Assembly: GCA_945900755.1 (NCBI GenBank)
Contig: CAMDKS010000013.1
Location: forward strand, 662 to 64,661
Source: Bdellovibrio sp. ZAP7
GTDB taxonomy: Bacteria; Bdellovibrionota_B; Oligoflexia; Oligoflexales; RGVZ01
Length of the DNA stretch: 64,000 nt
Direction: 5' to 3'
Position 1 is the stretch's first letter. Every line of letters begins with the position of its first letter. Position numbers and translations under genes: made by a program. The notes beneath the pieces are model-generated. The model saw only the letters and a list, made by a program, of their open reading frames with translations. It did not search any database and was not told where the DNA came from. Positions 46,753-55,364 of the stretch are shown here, piece after piece.

Positions 46753-48504
46753 ATGACGACAAAACCTGCTGAAAGTGTGTATTTACCTAATCACTCGCTT
46801 GAGGGCACATCGTCCACCCAACGCCGTTTAAGCAACATAATGGGCTACGGATCTGTCGTGATAACGATTGCGATGATTGGCGTTTTCCTTTTGTGGCCCA
46901 TGTCAAAAGTCATGGTCAAAGCTTTCTACAACGGCGAATCATTGACCCTAGATTATTTCTACCTGTTGTTTGACAACCACCTCATGGTCGAAGCCATTAC
47001 TAATTCTCTTTGGGTCGCCTTAGCGACCACAATCGTGTGCACAATCGTCGCCCTTCCTCTTTCGGTGATTGGCAGCAAGTTGGAATTTTTCGGAAAAAGT
47101 TTTCTCATGGGCCTGCTGCTCGTGCCGATGGTTATGCCACCGTTTGTGGGCGCCATTGGTTTTCAGCGTTTCTTTGCCCGCTACGGCACCATCAATTTAT
47201 TTTTGATGAATGGAAAAATCATCGATTCACCGATCGATTGGCTGGCTGACGGCAACAAATTCTGGGCTGTGGTCATTCTTGGGGTCATGCACCTTTACCC
47301 AATTATGTATTTGAATCTGGCGGCCGCACTAGCCAATGTTGATCCCTCGCTCGAAGAAATGGCGACCACCCTGGGCGTTAAAAAATGGCGTCAATTTAAG
47401 GATATTGTTTGGCCCCTAGCCCGCCCAGGATATTTTGCGGGTGCTATCATTGTTTTTATTTGGGCGCTTACAGATTTGGGCACTCCGTTACTTATTGGTT
47501 ACAACGACGTCATACCGGTGAGAATCTTCAACATGGTTAGTGACATCAACGAAAATCCAATGGGGTTTGCCCTCGTGTTTCTCGTGATCATGTTAACCGT
47601 AGGTTTTTTTCTACTTTCCAAAAGCACCCTGAATGGCAAAAAATATGACATGATGGCACGAGGCCACGTAACCAGCTCAGTACGCAAAACTGGCCTTTTC
47701 GGGACACTTGTCATCTATGCTGTCTTACTATCGGTGATTGCATTCGCACTGTTTCCTCACATTAGTGTTTTAATCACAAGCCTTTCCCACAAATGGTTTA
47801 TGACTCCACTTCCCTTAGAGTACACCACCGAGCATTACATGAAGGTATTTAGCCAAGATCTACCCGTTCATGGAATCCAAAACAGCCTATTCCTAGCCTC
47901 AATGTCAACTCTGACGGACGTAATCCTTGGATGTCTCGTGGCCTACGTTATCGTACGCAAGCTCATCCCGTTTACCAACGTATTGGATTCAATCGTCATG
48001 ATTCCATTGGCGCTTCCTGGTATTGTCTTAGCTTTTGGTTACGTTATTACGTTTTCAGGCACCTTCTTGGACCCCTTAAATAATCCAGTGCCGCTGCTCG
48101 TAATCGCCTACGCCATTCGTCGCCTACCGTACATGGTTCGTTCGGCGTCAGCGGGCCTGCAGCAAACTAGCGTCAGCCTTGAAGAGGCTTCGGCCACGTT
48201 TGGCGCAAGCCACTTCTACACCCTTCGCAAAATCACCATGCCACTGGTCCTCGCCAATGTCATCGCGGGCGGACTACTCTGTTTTGCTTACGCCATGCTC
48301 GACGTTTCTGACAGCATGATTCTAGCCATGAAGGACCGCTTCTATCCCATCACTAAAGTTATTTATTCCCTCTACCTAGAACAGGGCAGCGGCGAGCTCG
48401 TCGCTTCCGCCCTCGGCATGATCTCAATGGCGATCTTAACCATCTGCATTATGGGTGCATCCCTTATTTTGGGAAAGAAAATGGGCGAGCTGTTCAAATC
48501 CTAA
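46753..48504 (+). CDS. ABC transporter permease (FbpB-type, duplicated domain)
   Basis: About 12 TM segments; two EAA loops LEEMATTLG and LEEASATFGA. Confidence 0.92.
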   Translation: MTTKPAESVYLPNHSLEGTSSTQRRLSNIMGYGSVVITIAMIGVFLLWPMSKVMVKAFYNGESLTLDYFYLLFDNHLMVEAITNSLWVALATTIVCTIVALPLSVIGSKLEFFGKSFLMGLLLVPMVMPPFVGAIGFQRFFARYGTINLFLMNGKIIDSPIDWLADGNKFWAVVILGVMHLYPIMYLNLAAALANVDPSLEEMATTLGVKKWRQFKDIVWPLARPGYFAGAIIVFIWALTDLGTPLLIGYNDVIPVRIFNMVSDINENPMGFALVFLVIMLTVGFFLLSKSTLNGKKYDMMARGHVTSSVRKTGLFGTLVIYAVLLSVIAFALFPHISVLITSLSHKWFMTPLPLEYTTEHYMKVFSQDLPVHGIQNSLFLASMSTLTDVILGCLVAYVIVRKLIPFTNVLDSIVMIPLALPGIVLAFGYVITFSGTFLDPLNNPVPLLVIAYAIRRLPYMVRSASAGLQQTSVSLEEASATFGASHFYTLRKITMPLVLANVIAGGLLCFAYAMLDVSDSMILAMKDRFYPITKVIYSLYLEQGSGELVASALGMISMAILTICIMGASLILGKKMGELFKS

Positions 48505-48523
48505 TAGGCCAGTAGAAAACCGC

Positions 48524-49486
48524 TCACCCTCGAGTCGAGAGATGTCGGTAGCATTTCGCAAGCATTTTAAACCGCGCCTCGTTGCCGCCTTGTCGATCGG
48601 GATGCATCTCTAGGGCGAGTGCGTGGTAGCGTTGCTTTAGCTCCTCCGCGGCTGGGAAATCTTCGAAGCCCATTAGTTTGAGCGATTGAATATCTAACGT
48701 AGACTTCGTGATGGAACGATTTATTGAGGCCGTTGCGCGGCGGTTGCGAAACTCTTGACGCATGTTATCAGCTTGAGTTTGACCCTCGTAGGGAGCGTCT
48801 CCGCTTCGCGAGGCACGCAGCCTGGGTGCTGTCGCCCAGAATCTTTCGGAAGCGTCCACGAGCATGCCTTGGCATTTTTTCAAGATTTCTTTTGCAGTAA
48901 GATACTCCAACTTTACGTTGTTAAGAAATGCGCTTAAAGATCGGCTATCAAAATCTGACGGCAGAGATTCAGGAAGAGTCTCTAAACGTGGCCATTCGCC
49001 AAAATCTCCAAGACGTTCCAATTCAAAATTGAGAGTTAAAAGCACCTTCCAAAGGCAAGACTCAGTAGCCCTTAATGGATACGCCACGAGATTTGTAAGC
49101 CTCCAGCATTCGAGCAATCCAAAGCGGATTTTTTTAGTACTATTCTCATCATACTGGGCAAAAATCGGCTCCGGCATTAGGCTCGGCACAAACGGCCCGG
49201 TGGCCGTCGTAGCGTTAGCCCGAAACCAAGCCCCTCGCCGGTCAACGCTAAGGACACTAACCCTAAATTTAATGGTCGTTTCTAACGATCGAATCTGCGC
49301 CGACAGTTTACTAAGGGCGTCGCTTCCTGCTGACTGTTGTTCTCCCAGTTTTTCACTGATCTTTTCGACAAATTTCTCCTTGCGCTTCAATTCGCAAAGC
49401 ACCTCTGCGAGGCACTCTCGTACGGAGCCATCTTTTACGACAGCGTTGATAAACCAATCATTAGAACGGTTAGTCGTTTGCGACAT
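48524..49486 (-). CDS. Protein with a C-terminal DnaJ (J) domain
   Basis: ELKQRYHALALEMHPDRQGG.EARFK.L..Y with the HPD motif. Confidence 0.8.
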   Translation of the reverse strand: MSQTTNRSNDWFINAVVKDGSVRECLAEVLCELKRKEKFVEKISEKLGEQQSAGSDALSKLSAQIRSLETTIKFRVSVLSVDRRGAWFRANATTATGPFVPSLMPEPIFAQYDENSTKKIRFGLLECWRLTNLVAYPLRATESCLWKVLLTLNFELERLGDFGEWPRLETLPESLPSDFDSRSLSAFLNNVKLEYLTAKEILKKCQGMLVDASERFWATAPRLRASRSGDAPYEGQTQADNMRQEFRNRRATASINRSITKSTLDIQSLKLMGFEDFPAAEELKQRYHALALEMHPDRQGGNEARFKMLAKCYRHLSTRG

Positions 49487-49530
49487 GCGATTGGCCTCCG
49501 AAGTTTTGTATTCTAATTGAATGAAGTCCG

Positions 49531-50010
49531 CTATTTCGAATTCTGTTCAAACTGCTGGGACAATTTATTTAGATCCTCTGCAACCTCGGCGAAAGCGTCC
49601 CCTTTTCTCAATATTGTTCTGTGTTGATAATTCCCTTCCGAAATCATCTGCACATGCCTGCGAAATGCGATTGTCGGCCCCACTAAGTGGTGAGTAAACA
49701 AAATAGTCATGCCGATATTTATGGCCGCGTAGATCGCAACGGCACCGAACACCTGAATTTTAGCAGGGTTAATATATTGGTCCAATAAATCCCGAACTTC
49801 CTCCGGCACTCCCGTCAGCTCCACAATTATTTCTAACAATTTACCTAGATTAAGGTACAAAATGCCACTCAAAATCACGGCGAATATAAGCGACAATACA
49901 ACGCTATATACGCCGAGCCTCACTTGAAAATAAGGCTGCAGGGCGTAATTTTTAACATTTCGAACAAATTTATGTGGACCTTTTTGTCCTTCTGATTTCT
50001 TTTTTTCCAT
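49531..50010 (-). CDS. Two-TM HAMP-domain protein
   Basis: THHLVGP..F...I.EGNY....LRKGD.F.EVA..LN. Confidence 0.75.
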   Translation of the reverse strand: MEKKKSEGQKGPHKFVRNVKNYALQPYFQVRLGVYSVVLSLIFAVILSGILYLNLGKLLEIIVELTGVPEEVRDLLDQYINPAKIQVFGAVAIYAAINIGMTILFTHHLVGPTIAFRRHVQMISEGNYQHRTILRKGDAFAEVAEDLNKLSQQFEQNSK

Positions 50011-50034
50011 ATGACCATCTCCCTTGTTGGACCT

Positions 50035-51126
50035 TCACTTTACATTAAACGAAAACGTCAATTCCCCAATCATATTCTCTTGAACAGGCATTGGAATCTG
50101 TTGTAATTCAGTAATTAAGCAATCAATCATGCCCGCATTTGCTATCGACCCGCGATTTTTCTTCGCCTGCCTGATGGTGCCAGTAATGGATGAAGTGAGA
50201 ATATGAAAAACGAGGTCCCCCTTCAACTGAAAATCCAGCTCAAGAGCCGCAAGATAACAACCCCTAAGATTCCGGTCAAAGGCGGTGATGGATGCCAACA
50301 AACTTTTGGCGTGCTTTTGATGTTTAAATAGTTCTACTCTATAGTGCATATCGATATCACGGGTGACAGAGGCGTTTTCATTCATTTGAATTACATTTCT
50401 TTCGGATGTGTTTCCCGCTCCCTTGATCGCATTTTTTCCACCAATGACCGCTTGAATAGTACCTGTAAATCCACTGATCACTGCGACCACAGCACTGTCA
50501 TTTACTGAAACCTTTTCTTGGTATGTATTAGGAGCCATTAAAAACTTTATCGCGAGTTCATTTTCTCCCCTTGGGGATAGTTCCCAAAGACCGAGATTAG
50601 ACAACATTAAGCGAGAAACTATGACAAACATTGGCGATTTAGGGTCTCTGGACCATCTCCGTTTTTTGCCCTTATGATCTACAAATTCGACCGATTCAAT
50701 ACGATACTTTCCGCTACTAACCTTCCAAACGTCGTGAGGCGGAGCCCCCTCCTCTGTTTGCGCATTTAAAAAAACATACGACTGCTTCTCAATAATTCCA
50801 TAAAGTGTTATCTGTGCATTTCCCACGACACGGCTCGGAAATCCTGTAGGCCGAATATTTACAAACAACCCTCCTTCCTTTTTCCTAAAAAATTCGCCGT
50901 TCCAACTTTTAACCCCTTTAACCGGATTTTCAGGTGGAGCTCCCCCATAGCCAGTGCTTGCTGCAATGATAATCATGCCGATGATCCATGAGGAACCTAG
51001 CCTAGAGCAGCGACTAACTGCGGCCTCCACGAAATAATTTATTTGGCTCCAAGAATAAAACATCGCACTCCAAATCAACGAAAGAGACACAGCTAATTCA
51101 AGAACATCGATGATGCATAGATTCAT
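50035..51126 (-). CDS. Exported protein with an AgmX/PglI-like C-terminal domain
   Basis: NLRGCY..ALE....LKG.L.F.I....G.I........C....L.....P.......F.F; start uncertain. Confidence 0.55.
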   Translation of the reverse strand: MNLCIIDVLELAVSLSLIWSAMFYSWSQINYFVEAAVSRCSRLGSSWIIGMIIIAASTGYGGAPPENPVKGVKSWNGEFFRKKEGGLFVNIRPTGFPSRVVGNAQITLYGIIEKQSYVFLNAQTEEGAPPHDVWKVSSGKYRIESVEFVDHKGKKRRWSRDPKSPMFVIVSRLMLSNLGLWELSPRGENELAIKFLMAPNTYQEKVSVNDSAVVAVISGFTGTIQAVIGGKNAIKGAGNTSERNVIQMNENASVTRDIDMHYRVELFKHQKHAKSLLASITAFDRNLRGCYLAALELDFQLKGDLVFHILTSSITGTIRQAKKNRGSIANAGMIDCLITELQQIPMPVQENMIGELTFSFNVK

Positions 51127-51141
51127 TCGAAGTAAACAAAT

Positions 51142-52149
51142 TTAGAACGTAATTTCCCCAAGCTCTTCCACAACTTCGCTCTGGGCCACTACTTTTTTCA
51201 ATTCGGAAAGGAACACTCTTTTTGAAGCCGTCATATTGCGCCGCGCACCCTCTATGAATGCTATTTGCACCCATACCGGCATCCGTGCGAGTGACATAGC
51301 CATTCCTGCCTGATTTTTAGCAACAAGTGTTTCAAGCAACGACAAGGCTAGGTCACTGAGGCCTGGATTTCTTGAAATAGAATAATAGAAGATGGTCTCA
51401 ATTAGTGCCTGATTTTGATTTGGCGGATACTTCATCATATGCTGCAAGGCGATCGTCGCTGCAAAGAGATTTATCGAAGAAATCGTCATCTGCCGCAATT
51501 CTTCAGGCGGACAAAGGGAAAGATATTCCAGGAGATCGTCACTGGCCTTTTCTGGATTTAACGCCGCCATGGCCAGGGCAAAGGATTCATGATTTGTAGA
51601 CAAGAGGCCTTGGCGAACTACGGAGTAGGCCGACGCCATTTTGTTCGTTTGAACCGCGATCGCCATCGCAGGAATTAATATGGCCTCCTCGTCATCATCA
51701 AATAAAGCACGATTTATCTCTGCATTCATCTCAGTACGCATGATTTTTCCAGGCAACGCTGTGGCCATTTGCCAGCCGAGTTGACGAACAAGAGCCCGCT
51801 CCGACGCTACCATCTTCTTAAACATTCCCCCTTGAGGGGTTACTGGGCCAGAAAGGTAGAGCATCATCGCATTTGTAATCTGCGCATTTGAATAGTCTGT
51901 CATTCCTGCCAATATATTTTTATTCAGGATTTTTTCGGCCTCTGGCCATTGCTTCCGAACTGTTACAAGCTTTCGAACCTTCGTCCCGGTAACGCCGCCA
52001 AAATCAATGCCGGCCGTTAAGGCTTCTTCCAGGGGCATTGACTGGGATATTTCAGGCGCCAATTTCTCTGACTTACTCCCTTGGGCTGTCGGGGTAACAC
52101 AGGCTGATGTGGTCATTAAAAAACCTATTATGACGATACGTGCGATCAT
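51142..52149 (-). CDS. Hypothetical all-alpha lipoprotein
   Basis: TSAC lipobox; Leu/Ala/Met-rich helical composition. Confidence 0.6.
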   Translation of the reverse strand: MIARIVIIGFLMTTSACVTPTAQGSKSEKLAPEISQSMPLEEALTAGIDFGGVTGTKVRKLVTVRKQWPEAEKILNKNILAGMTDYSNAQITNAMMLYLSGPVTPQGGMFKKMVASERALVRQLGWQMATALPGKIMRTEMNAEINRALFDDDEEAILIPAMAIAVQTNKMASAYSVVRQGLLSTNHESFALAMAALNPEKASDDLLEYLSLCPPEELRQMTISSINLFAATIALQHMMKYPPNQNQALIETIFYYSISRNPGLSDLALSLLETLVAKNQAGMAMSLARMPVWVQIAFIEGARRNMTASKRVFLSELKKVVAQSEVVEELGEITF

Positions 52150-52200
52150 ACGGGCTCCTCTACTGTTAGCACTGGCGATTTACGGTCGCACAGGCACTCA

Positions 52201-52620
52201 TTATGCTTTTTTAAATTGAACGGCTACAGCCCCACCCAATTCATCGAGCAGCTTCTGATTTATCTCACTAATTGTACTTGGTTCGTGCCGCAAAATAAAG
52301 AAGACACAAGGTTTTTCGCCCCCCTTCACCTCGACACCCTCCACAAAGGCTCGACGATGCAGCTCAAAACACGCCTGCAGCTTTATTTTTGCGGGATCAA
52401 AGAAGTCTAACCGAATTTCAGAATCAAATTCAGCACCAATAGCACATGCAAACTGCCTCAATGCCCGAAGTGGCTCGCCCACAAGGATTCTGTTGTCTGA
52501 CTGAGGTCCACCCCAGTCTCGCCACAACTTAACCATGACCTGCAAGCGCAAAACCAAAATGGCAAGGGCCAACAAGACCACTAGCGATGCAAAATGAAAT
52601 ACCACCGACAAATTTCCCAC
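52201..52620 (-). CDS. Hypothetical membrane-anchored protein
   Basis: GTG start overlapping the upstream TAG (TAGTG); N-terminal TM helix. Confidence 0.5.
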   Translation of the reverse strand: MGNLSVVFHFASLVVLLALAILVLRLQVMVKLWRDWGGPQSDNRILVGEPLRALRQFACAIGAEFDSEIRLDFFDPAKIKLQACFELHRRAFVEGVEVKGGEKPCVFFILRHEPSTISEINQKLLDELGGAVAVQFKKA

Positions 52621-54455
52621 TAGGCACCACGCCGGCGAAGGCGGCAAAGAAGCAGCGGAAGCAGAAGTGCGCAAACTACGGCCCACCTTGAATTTGAGGG
52701 CTCCAGCCTGTCGATTCTTCCGCTCGCTCCTATGGCGCCACACCCGGCCGTAACCCGGTCAAGCGGCTGTCCCGTCGATACTTTATTGGAATTTAAAATC
52801 ATGGCATTGACATCTAGTAACCCGCTACCCAGCAGAGGCCGCCTCGCTGTCTCGTTCGAGATCTTTGGATAATAAAAGGTCACATTAACTTTGCCACCCT
52901 CGGTATCTGCACCATAAAGTAGGGCAGCATTCGCCGTGTTCAAGATCCGGCTTCGAAGTTCTGCAAAACTCAAGTTCGGAGCCGCCGCAAGCAATAAGCC
53001 GGCAGAACCAGAGACGATTGGCGTAGCCATTGAAGTTCCGCTTTTGGGCCCGCTCGTACCTCCAGACAGCGTGGAAACTATGCCAACTCCGGGTGCAGCA
53101 ATGTCGACCCAAGAACCAAAATTACTAAACGGCGCTTTTCCAATATAATCCTGATCATTAGTGCGCCCCACTGCCGAGACTGCGATGGCACTAGCTAACG
53201 CTGCTGGGTAAGCTCGAATCATTGAATCCTCATTTGAGGCCGCACCGATGACAAGCGTACCTGACCCGACATGCTTCAGCACATCCACCAGAATAGCAAC
53301 ACTGCGAGACCTAGAGTATTTGCCAAGCGATGCATTGGCAATTCGAACCGCACTGGTGCCATTTCTACGAAACTTCGTAAGGTATTTAAATGCGCGAATT
53401 TGACTCTCGTCATTGATTTGACCTGTGCTCCCGTCAACAACCTTTAAGACCATGATTTTACACATCGGGCAAACGCCTCCCACCTGACTAGACGAATCCG
53501 GCTTTGCCGCAATTAACCCAGCAACATGGGTGCCATGATTGCAGACATCATCGGGCTTTTCACCGCAACTAGTCCCTGGCCCTGACGCGTTAATAGGCCA
53601 TACGTCTCCATTTCCAAGAGCCCCCTTCGCAATTATAGTGGTATTGCATCCATGCAAATCGTTGCCACACCCACCGCTTCCAACCGCTGGGTTAGTCCAA
53701 ATACTGTCAATAAGCTGGGGGTGTTCATAATCAACCCCAGAATCTAAGACGGCAATGATGGGGGCACTGCTCACGACATCTGCTTCTATGAAATTTTTAG
53801 GGTCGGCCAATGTCGCAAATGCCTCTGGAAGTTTGATCACTTTATGCCAATCTTGAAGTGCAGCATAGGTTGTGGCAAACTTCGCCAACTCACCTTCATA
53901 CGGATCGGACATTTCATTTGGCTCAGCATACCAAATGCGGCCATCTCGCTCCCACTCTCCGAGCATCTCAGCCGCAGACTCGTCGCTCTCGAAATCCACT
54001 TTCGCCATAACGCCTGCTGGCGGATTCTCGGAAAATCCTTCCGCAAAACCTGAGGCCAACTCCAATAGAGCCTCGGGTGCAGAAAAAGATGGCGCCCATT
54101 CGGTTTTTTTAATCCAGCTCAAATCAACGGCTGATAATACGTCCATGCTTGAGATCCTGGGATCCGCCAAATACGCATCACTCAATGTTGCATAGTGATG
54201 AGCGTATTCGCTTGCAAAGGAAGAAAAAAACAAACTCTCATTACTATTGGTTTCACGAAACATAACAATATAGCTATGCGGAACTCGATTGGCGGTCGCT
54301 CCAGGGACGGAATCTTCTCCCAAACGAACGACCGGCAAGGGCTTTTGGGCTTCTGACATAAATTCAGGCCCCATCCTGCCACAGGCAAGCAGTCCCGATC
54401 CGCCCAATATGAAAGCGAACACTAACAGGCCATTTTTTTTAATATCGTGATTCAT
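52620..54455 (-). CDS. Subtilisin-like S8 serine protease, lipoprotein with a C-terminal sorting-like anchor
   Basis: IAVLDSGVD, HGTHVAG, SGTSMATP triad; LLAC lipobox; C-terminal AGCG + hydrophobic helix + RLRRR. Confidence 0.92.
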   Translation of the reverse strand: MNHDIKKNGLLVFAFILGGSGLLACGRMGPEFMSEAQKPLPVVRLGEDSVPGATANRVPHSYIVMFRETNSNESLFFSSFASEYAHHYATLSDAYLADPRISSMDVLSAVDLSWIKKTEWAPSFSAPEALLELASGFAEGFSENPPAGVMAKVDFESDESAAEMLGEWERDGRIWYAEPNEMSDPYEGELAKFATTYAALQDWHKVIKLPEAFATLADPKNFIEADVVSSAPIIAVLDSGVDYEHPQLIDSIWTNPAVGSGGCGNDLHGCNTTIIAKGALGNGDVWPINASGPGTSCGEKPDDVCNHGTHVAGLIAAKPDSSSQVGGVCPMCKIMVLKVVDGSTGQINDESQIRAFKYLTKFRRNGTSAVRIANASLGKYSRSRSVAILVDVLKHVGSGTLVIGAASNEDSMIRAYPAALASAIAVSAVGRTNDQDYIGKAPFSNFGSWVDIAAPGVGIVSTLSGGTSGPKSGTSMATPIVSGSAGLLLAAAPNLSFAELRSRILNTANAALLYGADTEGGKVNVTFYYPKISNETARRPLLGSGLLDVNAMILNSNKVSTGQPLDRVTAGCGAIGASGRIDRLEPSNSRWAVVCALLLPLLLCRLRRRGA

Positions 54456-54686
54456 TGCTATTATTTCAGCAAAAATTAGAGAAATTAGCAAACTTTCAAG
54501 CAAGTTAAGTTTCTGGGCGCCCAAACCGCCTATTCATTGCACCAAATACTGCCATAAGTTATCATAAGATATGGGAACTCGTGAGAAAATTCTCTCTCAC
54601 AGTCGACTCATGAAAAAGATCCGACACGTTAACGGCAATGCAACACAATCTGGCACTATCCTTTCGAATTTGGTTAGGCGATATTA

Positions 54687-55364
54687 ATGAAAAAATTATT
54701 CGTTGTCTCCGCACCATCAGGAACTGGCAAAACAACTCTAAACGATCGGCTAATGTTGGAGCATTCCGGCATCGAGAAGGCCGTTAGCCACACAACGCGC
54801 AAGCCTCGAGCTGGAGAAGTGGACTCTCAAAGCTACCATTTCGTGACCAACGACATATTTCAATCCATGATTGATAACGGAGAAATGCTTGAATGGGCCA
54901 ATGTTTTTGGAAATTTTTACGGAACTAGCCATAAAGAAATTGAACGCCTATTTGGCAAAGACCATGACGTCCTTCTAGAAATTGACGTTCAAGGATGCCA
55001 ATCCATCATCCGACGTAGACCAAGTACCGTCACCGTTTTTATTTTGCCACCCTCGGTTGAAACCCTTTGGAATAGATTGGAGCAACGGGGGACAGATCCA
55101 CTAAATATTCGCTGGAGAAGGTTTCTTGAGGCCAAGCATGAAATTGAGGCCGGCTATATTTACGAACACTTCATCGTCAACGACGATTTCGAACGGGCCT
55201 ATTCTGAGCTAAAGTCGATTATCCTCGACGGAAAGCACTCAAGCATAAGCCACAAAGAGGGTCTCGATATTTGCCGAAAACTGATGGCGGAATACCAAAC
55301 CTCCCCACTCCTTCAAAATCTAAAAGCAAAATTTGGTGATGACCTAGGATTATTAAATGTCTAG
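54687..55364 (+). CDS. gmk: Guanylate kinase
   Basis: SAPSGTGKT, SHTTRKPRAGE, LEWANVFGNFYGT, EIDVQG, FILPPS. Confidence 0.96.
   Translation: MKKLFVVSAPSGTGKTTLNDRLMLEHSGIEKAVSHTTRKPRAGEVDSQSYHFVTNDIFQSMIDNGEMLEWANVFGNFYGTSHKEIERLFGKDHDVLLEIDVQGCQSIIRRRPSTVTVFILPPSVETLWNRLEQRGTDPLNIRWRRFLEAKHEIEAGYIYEHFIVNDDFERAYSELKSIILDGKHSSISHKEGLDICRKLMAEYQTSPLLQNLKAKFGDDLGLLNV

Noticed and set aside
48864-49520. 218-aa plus-strand ORF and other antisense ORFs (e.g. 28576..29010, 11541..11780, 593..1042)
   Set aside because: Shadow frames of well-supported genes; their low-complexity content mirrors the sense-strand repeats.
54651-54665. Sigma54-like TGGCAC-N5-TTTC upstream of gmk
   Set aside because: It lacks the invariant G of the -12 GC and lies very close to the start codon.
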